A DNA stretch of 64,000 nucleotides, taken from contig CALDKD010000071.1 of NCBI GenBank assembly GCA_937898885.1, positions 1,250-65,249 on the forward strand. Reading direction: 5' to 3'. The position numbers and the translations under genes were made by a program. Each line of letters starts with the position of its first letter. The stretch's first letter is position 1. The stretch comes from an uncultured Bacteroidales bacterium. GTDB taxonomy: Bacteria; Bacteroidota; Bacteroidia; Bacteroidales; Bacteroidaceae. Of the stretch, positions 1 to 9,357 are shown piece after piece. The notes beneath the pieces were generated by a model. That model saw nothing but the letters and a program-made list of their open reading frames with translations. It made no database searches and was not told where the DNA came from.

Positions 1-266
1 TCGCTCTTGCCTGCCTCAATGAACGGGAAGAGGCTGCTGCCATCAACACGCTCACCAGCCTGAAGGATGTTCTCCAGATGCTCAAGGCTGTTTATTACGA
101 AACCTAAAGTCTTCAACTTACCGTCCCAGCCGCAATAGTGGAAGTTCAGAAACTCAACATTGTTCTCGCGGCAGTAACGTACTATGTCGGCACGTGTGAA
201 CTCAGCGGCCGGCTTCTGCAGGAATCTGACAAGCAGATTCGGATTCATCTCAATCTTGCTATCCAT
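1..266 (-). CDS. glnA: glutamine synthetase, N-terminal fragment (continues past window start)
   Basis: Reverse-strand ATG at 264-266 opens a frame that stays open to base 1: MDSKIEMNPNLLVRFLQKPAAEFTRADIVRYCRENNVEFLNFHYCGWDGKLKTLGFVINSLEHLENILQAGERVDGSSLFPFIEAGKS. The G-x-R-x-DGSS beta-grasp N-domain pattern is typical of GlnA-family enzymes. It is absent from the ORF track because it has no stop in the window. Confidence 0.5.
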   Translation of the reverse strand, partial: MDSKIEMNPNLLVRFLQKPAAEFTRADIVRYCRENNVEFLNFHYCGWDGKLKTLGFVINSLEHLENILQAGERVDGSSLFPFIEAGKS

Positions 267-280
267 TGTTGTTTAATGTG

Positions 281-2548
281 TTATCTTAATGTGAATTTTG
301 TCTCCTTTACATCGCGTGAGTCACCGCCGGCCATAAGGGTGAACTCTCCGGGCTCGGTGATGAACTCCAGCTTCTGGTTGTAGAAGCCAAGGTCCTCCTT
401 GCTGAGGATGAACTCAACATCTGCGCTCTGGCCGGGATTAAGCTCTACCTGCGCGATGCCGCGAAGCTCCTTTACAGGGCGTGTCATCGAGGCCACCTCA
501 TCACGCACATAAAGCTGTACGGTCTGCTTTCCGGCTGTCTTGCCCGTATTTGAGACGTGTACCACGGCTTTTATGGTCTCGTCCATAGAGTACTCACTCT
601 TCTCAAGCACCGGAGCGCCTACACTGAATGTGGTGTAGCTGAGTCCATAGCCAAACGGATAGGCAGGGGCATAGTCAATATCGGTGTATGAGGTGCAGTA
701 CTGCCAGCTTGGATTCTCCGGACGCCCTGTGCTCTTGAAATTATAGTATATAGGACACTGACCTGTCACGGCAGGGAAGGTCATTGGCAGCTTGCCCGAC
801 GGGTTGTAGTCTCCGGAAAGCACGTCGGCGATGGCATTGCCGGCCTCAGTACCAAGCCACCAGGTAAGCACTATGGCATCGGCCGACGGCTCCATATCGC
901 CGAATGCCACAGGACGGCCGCACATAAGCAGCACTATTACCGGCTTGCCGGTCTTCCTGAGTTCCTGAACAAGAAGCTGATGATCGGCAGGCACACTGAT
1001 GTCTGCCCTTGATTTGGCCTCGCCGCTCCAGTCGCCACGCTCGCCCACCGCGACGATGACCACATCGGCCTTGGATGCCGCAGCCTTGGCTCCGGCTATC
1101 AGAGCGGGATTGGCAGGCTGTGCCAGATGCTCGCCCTGATGTGTCTTTATGCCGCTCTCAAAGTCATAGCCCTGGGCATAGAGTATCTTTGAGTCAGGAT
1201 ATCTTGCCTGCAGGCCCTCGCGCACCGTAACCATTGCATCGACATTGCCCTGACTGGCCCAGAAACCGGCCATATCGGCCTTTGAGTCTGCCAGACCGCC
1301 TATCAGCGCGATGGTGCCCGGGTTGGCCGGCAAAGGCAGTACATTGTTGTTCTTTAAGAGGACTATGCTCTTCTTTCCAGCCTCGCGGCTCAGGGCCCTG
1401 AGCTCGGGTGAGAGTATGGTTGCAGTCTCACGCTCCTTGTCGCAATAGCGGAACGGATCATCAAACAGACCCAGCTCGAATTTCTTAAAAAGGATACGCC
1501 GGACGGCATCGTCTATATACTCCATCGGCACAGTGCCCTCCTCTACGAGCTCCTTCAGGCCCTCGATGTAGGCGCGTCCCTCCATATCCATATCGCTTCC
1601 GGCCAGTACGGCAACCTTGGCGGCTCCCTTCAGGTCCTCGACATAACGGTGACTCACAATCTCGGCAATTGAGCCCCAGTCTGATACGGTGAAGCCCTGG
1701 AAACCCCACTCGCCTTTCAGCAAGGCACGCTGGATATATTCATTGGCAGTTGCCGGAATGCCGTTGATGTCGTTGAAGCTGTTCATAAAGGTGGCTGCGC
1801 CTGCCATGGCGCCTGCCTTGTAAGGCGGCAGATACACCTCGTGCAGAGTGACATCCGACATATCAACCGTATTGTAGTCCTTACCGGCGATACCGGCTCC
1901 GTATGCCGCGAAATGCTTAATGCAGGCCAGAACAGTCTCAGTACTGGACAGGTCATCGCCCTGAAAGCCACGGACACGGGCCCCGGCAATACGCGAGCCC
2001 CACCAGGTGTCCTCGCCGGCACCCTCCATTACACGGCCCCAGCGGGCATCGCGGGCTATATCGACCATAGGGGCGAAGGTCCAGTGAATGCCCTCGGCGG
2101 CAGCCTCCCTGGCGGCACCGGCCGCGGTGCGCCGGATAAGGTCAAGGTCAAAGCTGGCTGCCTCGGCAAGCGGCAATGGATATACAGTACGCTCACCGTG
2201 AATCACATCCAGACCGAACAGCAACGGAATACGCAGGCGCGACTCCATAGCGAACTCCTGCATCCTGCGGGTCTCGTCTGCGCCTATCACATTAAGCATT
2301 GAGCCCACCATACCCTGACGAATCTGCTCCACCTTGGTCTCATCCTTGGTGGCAGGGCCTGTAACAAGAAAATCGCAGGTGTATTGGTTCATCTGACCTA
2401 TCTTCTCGTCAAGTGTCATCAACTTAAGCACGGAGTCAACCTTATGGGCATACTCCCCGCTCATCCGGACCCCGACAAGCCTTCCGTCGCCAGTGGCGCA
2501 ACCTGCCAGAACGACGGCAGCCAATATAGTACACAGCGATTTTCTCAT
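281..2548 (-). CDS. bglX: glycoside hydrolase family 3 beta-glucosidase (periplasmic/lipoprotein)
   Basis: 755-aa ORF with a lipoprotein-type signal, MRKSLCTILAAVVLAGC. GH3 hallmarks are visible: LLFGLDVIHG, KHFAAYG, GFTVSDWGS (nucleophile Asp context) and a C-terminal FnIII-like region. Confidence 0.9.
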   Translation of the reverse strand: MRKSLCTILAAVVLAGCATGDGRLVGVRMSGEYAHKVDSVLKLMTLDEKIGQMNQYTCDFLVTGPATKDETKVEQIRQGMVGSMLNVIGADETRRMQEFAMESRLRIPLLFGLDVIHGERTVYPLPLAEAASFDLDLIRRTAAGAAREAAAEGIHWTFAPMVDIARDARWGRVMEGAGEDTWWGSRIAGARVRGFQGDDLSSTETVLACIKHFAAYGAGIAGKDYNTVDMSDVTLHEVYLPPYKAGAMAGAATFMNSFNDINGIPATANEYIQRALLKGEWGFQGFTVSDWGSIAEIVSHRYVEDLKGAAKVAVLAGSDMDMEGRAYIEGLKELVEEGTVPMEYIDDAVRRILFKKFELGLFDDPFRYCDKERETATILSPELRALSREAGKKSIVLLKNNNVLPLPANPGTIALIGGLADSKADMAGFWASQGNVDAMVTVREGLQARYPDSKILYAQGYDFESGIKTHQGEHLAQPANPALIAGAKAAASKADVVIVAVGERGDWSGEAKSRADISVPADHQLLVQELRKTGKPVIVLLMCGRPVAFGDMEPSADAIVLTWWLGTEAGNAIADVLSGDYNPSGKLPMTFPAVTGQCPIYYNFKSTGRPENPSWQYCTSYTDIDYAPAYPFGYGLSYTTFSVGAPVLEKSEYSMDETIKAVVHVSNTGKTAGKQTVQLYVRDEVASMTRPVKELRGIAQVELNPGQSADVEFILSKEDLGFYNQKLEFITEPGEFTLMAGGDSRDVKETKFTLR

Positions 2549-2576
2549 TTATAAGCGTATTATACAATGTTACCCA

Positions 2577-2584
2577 CAAAAATA
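2577..2584 (-). promoter_or_regulatory. Bacteroidetes-type -7 promoter box (TAnnTTTG) for the GH3 gene
   Basis: The plus strand reads CAAAAATA, which is TATTTTTG on the minus strand, about 29 bp upstream of ATG 2548. Confidence 0.35.
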
Positions 2585-2620
2585 ATAAGAATCTGCTTTG
2601 CACCTATGATAAATGAGGAG

Positions 2621-2628
2621 TAACTTTG
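2621..2628 (+). promoter_or_regulatory. Bacteroidetes-type -7 promoter box for the DPP III gene
   Basis: TAACTTTG lies about 32 bp upstream of ATG 2661 and inside the ORF-track N-terminal extension (2613). This argues for the downstream start. Confidence 0.4.
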
Positions 2629-2660
2629 CGCTAAGTAAGCCAATAAATATCAACAACTAT

Positions 2661-4655
2661 ATGAAAAAGATTCTCAGAATTATGACAACTGCCTCACTGT
2701 TGGCTATAGTAGCCGGATGCGGAGAGAAGAAAGACGATTTCAAGTACACCCTTGACCAGTTTGCCGACATCAAGGTTATGCGTTACCAGATTCCCGGATG
2801 GGAGGAGCTTACTCTGCAACAGAAAGAATATGCATACCATCTGGCCGAGGCTGCCAAATGGGGCCGTGACATACACTTCGACCAGAACTGCGCGCTCAAT
2901 ATTCCGGCAAGACACGTCATTGAGAACATTCTGAACAATTATGAGGGAGACCGCGACTGCAAGGATTTCCAGGATTTTCTGGTCTATGCCAAGCGTTTCT
3001 TCTTCGCCAACGGCATACATCACCACTATGCAGAGGATAAGTTCTTCCCTTCCTGCCCGCAGGAGTATCTCAAGTCTCTTATGGCTGCCGTGGGCGATGA
3101 GGACAAGTGCGATGAGCTGATTCCGTTCTTCTACGACCCGCAGCTCTACCCTCAGCGTCGCTCAACCGCTACAGACGGTGACATCGTGACCCAGTCGGCG
3201 GTAAACTTCTATGAGGGTGTGACCAGACAGGAAGTTGAGGACTACTACGCATCGATAGCAGACCCGACAGACGAGACCCCGATAGCATACGGCCTCAACA
3301 CCAAGGTTGTGAAGGATGCCGACGGCAACGTTGTTGAGTTGCCCTGGTGCCTGAACGGCATATACGGCCCTGCCATTGCCAGGATATGCGATGAGCTGAA
3401 TGCCGCCGCACAGGTTGCAGAGAACGATATTCAGAAGCGCGCCCTGGGTCTGCTGGTAAAATATTACGAGACAGGCGACCTGAAGGTTTGGGACGAGTTC
3501 AACATTGAATGGGTTAAGGATACCATAGGAACCGTGGATTTCATCAACGGTTTCATTGAGGACTACAACGACCCTCTTGGCCGCAAGGGCGCGTGGGAAG
3601 GCTATGTGAACATCAAGGATCACAAGGCATCGGAGCGCTCGCTTATACTGAGCGCCAACGCACAGTGGTTCGAGGACAACTCGCCGGTTGACCCGCGCTT
3701 CAAGAAGAAGGAGTGCAAGGGCATATCGGCCAAGGTGGTAAATGCCGTATGTCTGGCCGGCGACAGCTATCCTGCCACACCTATCGGCATCAACCTGCCT
3801 AACGCTGACTGGATTCGCAAGATGCACGGCAGCAAGTCTGTTACCATTGCCAACATCACCCACGCATACGACTATGCCGCACAGGAGATGCCGGCAAGCA
3901 CCCTGACCGAGTTCGCATACGATGAGGCTGAGATTGAGCTTTACAAGAAATACGGCTCATACGCCGATGAGATTCACACCGACCTGCACGAGTGTCTGGG
4001 ACACGGCTCCGGCCAGCTGCTCCCGGGTGTGAGCACAACCGCTATGGGCGAGTATTCATCAGCACTCGAGGAGGCCCGCGCCGACCTGTTCGGCCTGTGG
4101 TACACTGCCGATCCCAAGATGGTTGAGCTTGGCATTATGCCGGATAACGAGGCTTACAAGGCTGAATACTCAAACTTTATCCGCAACGGTCTGATGGTAC
4201 AGTTCAACCGTGTTGAGCTTGGCCGTCCCAACACCGAGGCCCATATGCAGAACCGCAAGCTCATTGCCGAGTGGTGCTACGAGAAGGGAGCCGCCGACAA
4301 TGTAATAGAGAAAAAGGTTCGCGACGGTAAGACCTACTTTGTGGTTAACGACTACGGAAAGCTTCGCGACCTGTTCGGCAAGCTGCTCGCAGAGATTCAG
4401 CGTATCAAGTCTGAAGGCGACTACGAGGCCGGAAAGAAACTGGTTGAGACCTACGCCGTGAACATTGATCCTGAGCTCCATAAGGAGGTGAAGGCCCGTT
4501 ACGACGCCCTGAGCCTTAAACCTTACGGAGGCTTCATCAACCCCGACATCGTTCCGGTTGAGAAAGACGGCAAGATAGTTGACTATCAGGTAATCTACAA
4601 CGACAATTACCTTCAGCAGCAGCTTGACTACGGCAAGAGGTACCGCGCGCTGTAA
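2661..4655 (+). CDS. dipeptidyl-peptidase III family (peptidase M49) lipoprotein
   Basis: Both M49 zinc motifs are present: HECLGHGSG (HExxGH) and EEARADLF (EExxRAD). Start is moved to MKKILRIMTTASLLAIVAGC (lipoprotein signal), downstream of the -7 box at 2621. Confidence 0.85.
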   Translation: MKKILRIMTTASLLAIVAGCGEKKDDFKYTLDQFADIKVMRYQIPGWEELTLQQKEYAYHLAEAAKWGRDIHFDQNCALNIPARHVIENILNNYEGDRDCKDFQDFLVYAKRFFFANGIHHHYAEDKFFPSCPQEYLKSLMAAVGDEDKCDELIPFFYDPQLYPQRRSTATDGDIVTQSAVNFYEGVTRQEVEDYYASIADPTDETPIAYGLNTKVVKDADGNVVELPWCLNGIYGPAIARICDELNAAAQVAENDIQKRALGLLVKYYETGDLKVWDEFNIEWVKDTIGTVDFINGFIEDYNDPLGRKGAWEGYVNIKDHKASERSLILSANAQWFEDNSPVDPRFKKKECKGISAKVVNAVCLAGDSYPATPIGINLPNADWIRKMHGSKSVTIANITHAYDYAAQEMPASTLTEFAYDEAEIELYKKYGSYADEIHTDLHECLGHGSGQLLPGVSTTAMGEYSSALEEARADLFGLWYTADPKMVELGIMPDNEAYKAEYSNFIRNGLMVQFNRVELGRPNTEAHMQNRKLIAEWCYEKGAADNVIEKKVRDGKTYFVVNDYGKLRDLFGKLLAEIQRIKSEGDYEAGKKLVETYAVNIDPELHKEVKARYDALSLKPYGGFINPDIVPVEKDGKIVDYQVIYNDNYLQQQLDYGKRYRAL

Positions 4656-4666
4656 CCGGGTTGACC

Positions 4667-4693
4667 GGGTCAGGGGACCTGTCCCCTTGACCC
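4667..4693. terminator. bidirectional stem-loop between convergent DPP III and metK genes
   Basis: GGGTCAGGGGAC-CT-GTCCCCTTGACCC forms a 12-13 bp GC-rich stem with one bulge. It fills the 39-bp gap between the two stop codons. Confidence 0.5.
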
Positions 4694-4694
4694 G

Positions 4695-5948
4695 CTATAG
4701 TCCGAACATCTTGCGGAGCTGCTCAACGAAGTCCAGCTTCTCCCAGGTAAAGAACTCTATGCCGTCCTTGGTATAAGGCTTGCGGCCGAAATGGCCGTAG
4801 GCGGCTGTAGGCAGATAGATAGGATTGCGGAGCTTCAGACGCTCCTCTATCGCCTTGGGACGAAGGTCGAACACTTTTGCGATTATGCCCGCAATCTGAC
4901 CGTCTGACTCCTTGACGTGACTGGTTCCGTAGGTATCAACATATATGCTCACAGGCTTGGCCACTCCAATAGCGTAAGAGAGCTGAACCAGCATCTCATC
5001 GGCGATACCTGCCGCCACCATATTCTTGGCGATGTGACGTGCGGCGTATGCGGCACTTCTGTCCACCTTGCTCGGGTCCTTGCCACTGAACGCGCCTCCA
5101 CCGTGCGCGCCCTTGCCACCGTAGGTATCCACAATAATCTTCCGGCCTGTAAGACCGGTATCTCCGTGAGGTCCGCCTATCACAAACTTTCCCGTAGGAT
5201 TGACCAGATACCTTACATTGGCATCGAACAGAGCCACTATTGAGGCATCCGCTATCTTTGACAGCAGACGCGGAATAAGAATGTCCCGCACATCACCGCT
5301 GATTTGCGCCAGCATTGTCTGATCGGCGCGGGCCTGTGCCTCTGCGGTATTGTCAGCGGGCTTGATGAAGTCATCGTGCTGAGTTGACACTACTATGGTG
5401 TCTATGCGGATTGGCTTGCCGTCATCGCCATACTCAACGGTAACCTGACTCTTGGCATCAGGTCTGAGATAAGTCATAACCTTACCCTCTCTGCGAATCT
5501 CTGCCAGAGTATGCACCAGTCCGTGGGCCAGAGCAAGTGACAATGGCATATATTCAGGAGTCTCGTTGGTGGCATAGCCGAACATCATTCCCTGGTCTCC
5601 GGCACCCTGCTCCATAGGATCCTCGCGCTCAACGCCTCGGTTGATGTCAGCGCTCTGCTCGTGAATGGCACTCAGCACACCGCACGAGTTGCCGTCGAAC
5701 ATATACTCTGATTTGTTGTAGCCTATACGGTTGATGACGTTGCGGGCAACCTGCTGCAGGTCAATATAGGCTTCTGACTTGACCTCTCCGGCCAGAATCA
5801 CCTGACCTGTGGTCACTAAGGTCTCACATGCTACCTTTGAATTCGCATCAAGGGTAAGAAGTTCGTCAAGGACTGCGTCCGATATCTGATCGGCCACTTT
5901 GTCCGGGTGCCCTTCGGACACCGATTCGGATGTGAATAAATAAGACAT
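4695..5948 (-). CDS. metK: S-adenosylmethionine synthetase
   Basis: 417 aa starting [24 protein letters not shown], with [33 protein letters not shown] and [16 protein letters not shown]. These are canonical MetK signatures. Confidence 0.97.
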   Translation of the reverse strand: MSYLFTSESVSEGHPDKVADQISDAVLDELLTLDANSKVACETLVTTGQVILAGEVKSEAYIDLQQVARNVINRIGYNKSEYMFDGNSCGVLSAIHEQSADINRGVEREDPMEQGAGDQGMMFGYATNETPEYMPLSLALAHGLVHTLAEIRREGKVMTYLRPDAKSQVTVEYGDDGKPIRIDTIVVSTQHDDFIKPADNTAEAQARADQTMLAQISGDVRDILIPRLLSKIADASIVALFDANVRYLVNPTGKFVIGGPHGDTGLTGRKIIVDTYGGKGAHGGGAFSGKDPSKVDRSAAYAARHIAKNMVAAGIADEMLVQLSYAIGVAKPVSIYVDTYGTSHVKESDGQIAGIIAKVFDLRPKAIEERLKLRNPIYLPTAAYGHFGRKPYTKDGIEFFTWEKLDFVEQLRKMFGL

Positions 5949-5957
5949 TGGTTGTTA

Positions 5958-5985
5958 GCTATTGGCTATTGGCTATTGGCGGTTG
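5958..5985. repeat. heptamer microsatellite (GCTATTG)x3 plus a degenerate fourth unit, in the metK leader
   Basis: gctattg gctattg gctattg gcggttg is read directly; on the coding strand it is CAATAGC x3. It ends about 10 nt upstream of the metK ATG, within the 66-bp gap to the upstream gene. Confidence 0.8.
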
Positions 5986-6014
5986 GCGCAACAGGCAATA
6001 CCGTTATTAATTAA

Positions 6015-7064
6015 TCAATTCTTTTTCTTTTTATCTGAATGCTGCTGACGCTGCTGCCAGCGCTCACGGGCATATTGCTGCATATCGCCCACGACATCAC
6101 TCTCATCTACTATCTCCAGGCCGAGGATGGTCTCAAGAATGTCCTCAAGTGTAAGGATACCCTGAAAAGTGCCATACTCATCTATTATTACCGAAATCTG
6201 CTCTTTTCCCTTCAACAACTCGTCCCAGATATCGCCAAGCGATGTCTCCTCATTGAAGAATTTGATGTCGCGACGGATATCGCCCAGACGTACATTGAAC
6301 TTGTCATCGGCCAGACGCTCCAGTGCCTCACTTCTAAGAATGTAGCCGGTGATGAACTCAGGCGAGTCTGAATAGACAGGAATCCTGGAGTGATGCAGAT
6401 ACTCGTTATCCTTGTAATACTCCTTCACCGTCATAGACTCTGGCGCAATGGCCGATACTACACGCGGAGTCATAGCATCGTATGCCTTGACGTTGTCAAG
6501 CTTAATCAGGTTCTGGATTATCTTGTTCTCGTTCTCCTCAATGACACCCTCCTCCTCGCCGATATTGGCCATAGCGGAGACCTCCTCACGGCTTACCGCA
6601 GCCTCATCGTCCTTGGGAGTTATCAGATGGCTGATCATCTGTACAAGCATTACAAGCGGATACATAAGGATTATCAGCACGCTGATTGTACGGGCTGCAA
6701 AGCCCATCAGCTTTTTCCAATATGATGTGCCGATGGTTTTAGGGATAATCTCGGCAAACACAAGAATAAGCAAAGTTACGATGGCAGACACAAGTCCGAA
6801 CCACTCGCTGCCGAAAATCTGGGTGGCCTGGCTGCCAACACCGGCTGAGCCGATGGTATTGGCTATGGTGTTGAGCGACAGAATAGCCGCAATTGGTCTG
6901 TCGGGCTCCAGCTTCAGCTCCTTGAATCTGGTGGCCGGCCGGTAACCCTCCTCCTCGCGCATGGTTATGTAGGACAGAGGAGTTGACATAAGAGTTGCCT
7001 CGAGTATCGAGCAGAGGAACGAGACCACTAAGGCAATCGATAAAAAGAGAAATAAAGCTCCCAT
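6015..7064 (-). CDS. CNNM/DUF21 transmembrane domain plus CBS-pair protein (hemolysin/CorC-family transporter)
   Basis: 349 aa. The N-terminal four-TM DUF21-like region contains FAEIIPKTIG, followed by a tandem CBS-like region (IMTPRVV..., IDEYGTFQGILTLEDILE). The CorC_HlyC C-domain appears absent. Confidence 0.8.
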   Translation of the reverse strand: MGALFLFLSIALVVSFLCSILEATLMSTPLSYITMREEEGYRPATRFKELKLEPDRPIAAILSLNTIANTIGSAGVGSQATQIFGSEWFGLVSAIVTLLILVFAEIIPKTIGTSYWKKLMGFAARTISVLIILMYPLVMLVQMISHLITPKDDEAAVSREEVSAMANIGEEEGVIEENENKIIQNLIKLDNVKAYDAMTPRVVSAIAPESMTVKEYYKDNEYLHHSRIPVYSDSPEFITGYILRSEALERLADDKFNVRLGDIRRDIKFFNEETSLGDIWDELLKGKEQISVIIDEYGTFQGILTLEDILETILGLEIVDESDVVGDMQQYARERWQQRQQHSDKKKKN

Positions 7065-7128
7065 TCAGGAAAAACAGTTTAATTCCGCGAAGATACTGCT
7101 TTTACGCGGTTCATTCAAATTCTTTGGC

Positions 7129-7136
7129 TAACTTTG
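7129..7136 (+). promoter_or_regulatory. Bacteroidetes-type -7 promoter box for the radical SAM gene
   Basis: TAACTTTG lies 22 bp upstream of ATG 7159. Confidence 0.4.
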
Positions 7137-7158
7137 CAATATAGAGTCTATATTCAAA

Positions 7159-7935
7159 ATGGGAACCATCATCTATCCGTCACCTATATTCGGCCCGGTA
7201 AAGAGCAGACGCCTTGGCGTATCGCTCGGCATCAACCTTATGCCACCGGACGGCAAGATATGCACATTTGACTGTCTGTACTGCGAATGCGGTCTGAACC
7301 AGAACCGCAGACCCGCACGGCGACGCCCTTCCAGAGAGGAGGTACGCGATGCCCTTGAGGCACGCCTGCAGCAGATGAGGGCCGAGGGACCTGAGCCCAA
7401 CGTACTGACTTTCGCGGGAAACGGAGAGCCTACGGCCCATCCCGACTTTGCCGGCATTGTAGATGATGTCACAGCCCTGCGCGACAGATATTTCCCTGAC
7501 GCAAAGATAAGCGTGCTCAGCAATGCTACCCGGATAAGCGATGAAAAGGTCTTTGGCGCCCTGCTCAAGGTTGACAACAACATACAGAAACTTGACACGG
7601 TTGACGCGGAATACATCCAGGCTTTGGACAGACCGGTCGGCCGATATGACGTCAGTGAGATTATCAGAACTCTGAAGTCTTTCAACGGACACGTGATAAT
7701 TCAGACGATGTTTCTGACTGGAAATGCGGATGGGAGAGAGTACGACAACACATCGGAGAGATTCGTTGGCCCGTGGATTGAGGCTGTCCGGAGTATAAGG
7801 CCAGAGAAAGTGATGATATACACTATAGACCGCGAGACTCCGGTATCAGGCCTTGAGAAGGCATCGCACGAGGCTCTGGACGCCATAGCAGAGAGACTTC
7901 GCGCAGTGGGAATAGAGACATCCGTCTCTTACTGA
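7159..7935 (+). CDS. radical SAM protein, function unknown
   Basis: 258 aa with the CTFDCLYCEC motif (Cx3Cx2C cluster) near the N-terminus and FAGNGEPT (a SAM-binding GGE-like motif). Confidence 0.8.
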   Translation: MGTIIYPSPIFGPVKSRRLGVSLGINLMPPDGKICTFDCLYCECGLNQNRRPARRRPSREEVRDALEARLQQMRAEGPEPNVLTFAGNGEPTAHPDFAGIVDDVTALRDRYFPDAKISVLSNATRISDEKVFGALLKVDNNIQKLDTVDAEYIQALDRPVGRYDVSEIIRTLKSFNGHVIIQTMFLTGNADGREYDNTSERFVGPWIEAVRSIRPEKVMIYTIDRETPVSGLEKASHEALDAIAERLRAVGIETSVSY

Positions 7936-7950
7936 CAATAATTGCTCAAA

Positions 7951-9357
7951 ATGAAGGTAAGAAGAGTTTTAATAACATTGATGGCCATTGCCGGCGCACT
8001 GACTACTCAGGCCAAGGACAACAGCCGTATTGTAAGCGAGATTGACAGCATAGTACAAAACGGACTGCCGGACGGCACAGACATCAGTGTCTATATCTGG
8101 GATCTGAATGCCGACAGCGCCATATACGCTTACCGCGAGAATGTGCTGAACCGGCCAGCCTCTACAATTAAAGTGCTCACAGCCTTCACTGCCCTAGGTA
8201 CATTGGGAGCAGACTATGATTACAAGACACTGGTCAAGACCGATGGCGTGACAGATGCCGACAGCGTGCTGAACGGTAACCTGTACCTGATAGGAGGAAT
8301 AGACCCTCAACTGATGGAGAGCGATATATACGGTCTGGTAAACGAAATCAGAAAGTGCGGCATAAAGCGCATCAATGGCAAGGTAATTGGCGATGTAAGC
8401 GCTATGGACAGCATCTACTGGGGCTCAGGCTGGGCCTGGGATGATACTCCAAAGAGTTTCCAGCCATACATCTCGCCGCTTATGGTTCACGGAGGGTTCG
8501 TAAGTGTATCTGTAAAGCCGGGACAGAAAGGAATGCCGCCATCGGTTAAGGTAGTACCGGAATCACGATACTATGAGGTGAGGAACACGGCACGTACAGG
8601 TTCATCATCCTCAACCTCATTCAAGATTCAGCGTGACTGGCTCAACAACAGGAACACTATCGTGATATCAGGTAGTTCCAGCAGGGCCACATCATCAGAG
8701 CTGAACATATTTGGCTCAGACCAGTTCACACTCACACTGTTTACTGAGTATCTGGAGAAGGCCGGCATATCATTTGACGGAACTGATTGGCAGAAGTGTC
8801 CTGACGGTGCTGTCCAACTGGCATCGGTAAGCCATTCACTCAAATCAGTTCTGGAAGAGGCGCTCAAGGAGAGCGTGAATCTGAACGCGGAGGCTATGAT
8901 GCTCCAGGCGGCCCACACAAAGACGCAGAGCAGAGTAACGTTCAACTCAGCGGCAAAATTTGAGGAAGAGTACCTGAAACGTGCCGCAAAGACAGGAGGC
9001 AGCCCGTTTATGATTGTGGATGGAAGCGGTCTCTCAATGTACGACCACGTGCCTGCCACACTCTTTGTAAATGTACTCAGACAGATTTACAATGACCCTG
9101 ACATATATACGTTTTTCTATGAGAGCCTGCCGATATCGGGATATGACGGTACACTTAAACAACGCTTGACAGACAAGGCAACTGCTGGAAAGATACACGC
9201 CAAGACAGGGACATTGACCGGCTCCTGTACACTGGCAGGCTATGCTAGGACTGCCGACGGACGCGACCTGGCATTCTGCATAATGAACAGCGGTGCGCTG
9301 AAGATGGCCCCGTCAAGACGTGTTCAGGATGCCATCTGCACAATTCTATGTGAGTAA
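7951..9357 (+). CDS. dacB: D-alanyl-D-alanine carboxypeptidase/endopeptidase (PBP4, peptidase S13)
   Basis: Contains ASTIKVLT (SxxK), VDGSGLS (SxN-type) and HAKTGTL (KTG), preceded by a signal peptide. The ATG at 7951 is preferred over the TTG at 7942. Confidence 0.8.
   Translation: MKVRRVLITLMAIAGALTTQAKDNSRIVSEIDSIVQNGLPDGTDISVYIWDLNADSAIYAYRENVLNRPASTIKVLTAFTALGTLGADYDYKTLVKTDGVTDADSVLNGNLYLIGGIDPQLMESDIYGLVNEIRKCGIKRINGKVIGDVSAMDSIYWGSGWAWDDTPKSFQPYISPLMVHGGFVSVSVKPGQKGMPPSVKVVPESRYYEVRNTARTGSSSSTSFKIQRDWLNNRNTIVISGSSSRATSSELNIFGSDQFTLTLFTEYLEKAGISFDGTDWQKCPDGAVQLASVSHSLKSVLEEALKESVNLNAEAMMLQAAHTKTQSRVTFNSAAKFEEEYLKRAAKTGGSPFMIVDGSGLSMYDHVPATLFVNVLRQIYNDPDIYTFFYESLPISGYDGTLKQRLTDKATAGKIHAKTGTLTGSCTLAGYARTADGRDLAFCIMNSGALKMAPSRRVQDAICTILCE

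Noticed and set aside
138-383. 81-aa plus-strand ORF spanning the glnA-fragment / GH3 gene boundary.
   Set aside because: It is GTG-initiated and overlaps the N-terminus of the glutamine synthetase fragment and the C-terminus of the GH3 gene on the opposite strand. The translation has no recognisable features.
3162-3863. Long antisense or alternative-frame ORFs inside strong genes: 3162..3863(-), 23967..24596(+), 31633..32442(-), 35873..36598(-), 56136..56825(+), and many 60-170-aa ones.
   Set aside because: Each lies wholly within, and opposite or out of frame to, a gene with unmistakable family motifs (DPP III, MutS, esterase, LeuS and others). Their translations are low-complexity and Arg/Ser/Cys-rich with no motifs. 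They have no start-proximal promoter box. These are shadow ORFs typical of moderately GC-rich coding DNA.
5949-6014. SAM riboswitch upstream of metK.
   Set aside because: The whole leader is only 66 nt and is dominated by a heptamer repeat. I could not find the conserved cores of SAM-I, SAM-II or SAM/SAH classes by eye. A covariance-model scan would be needed to be certain.
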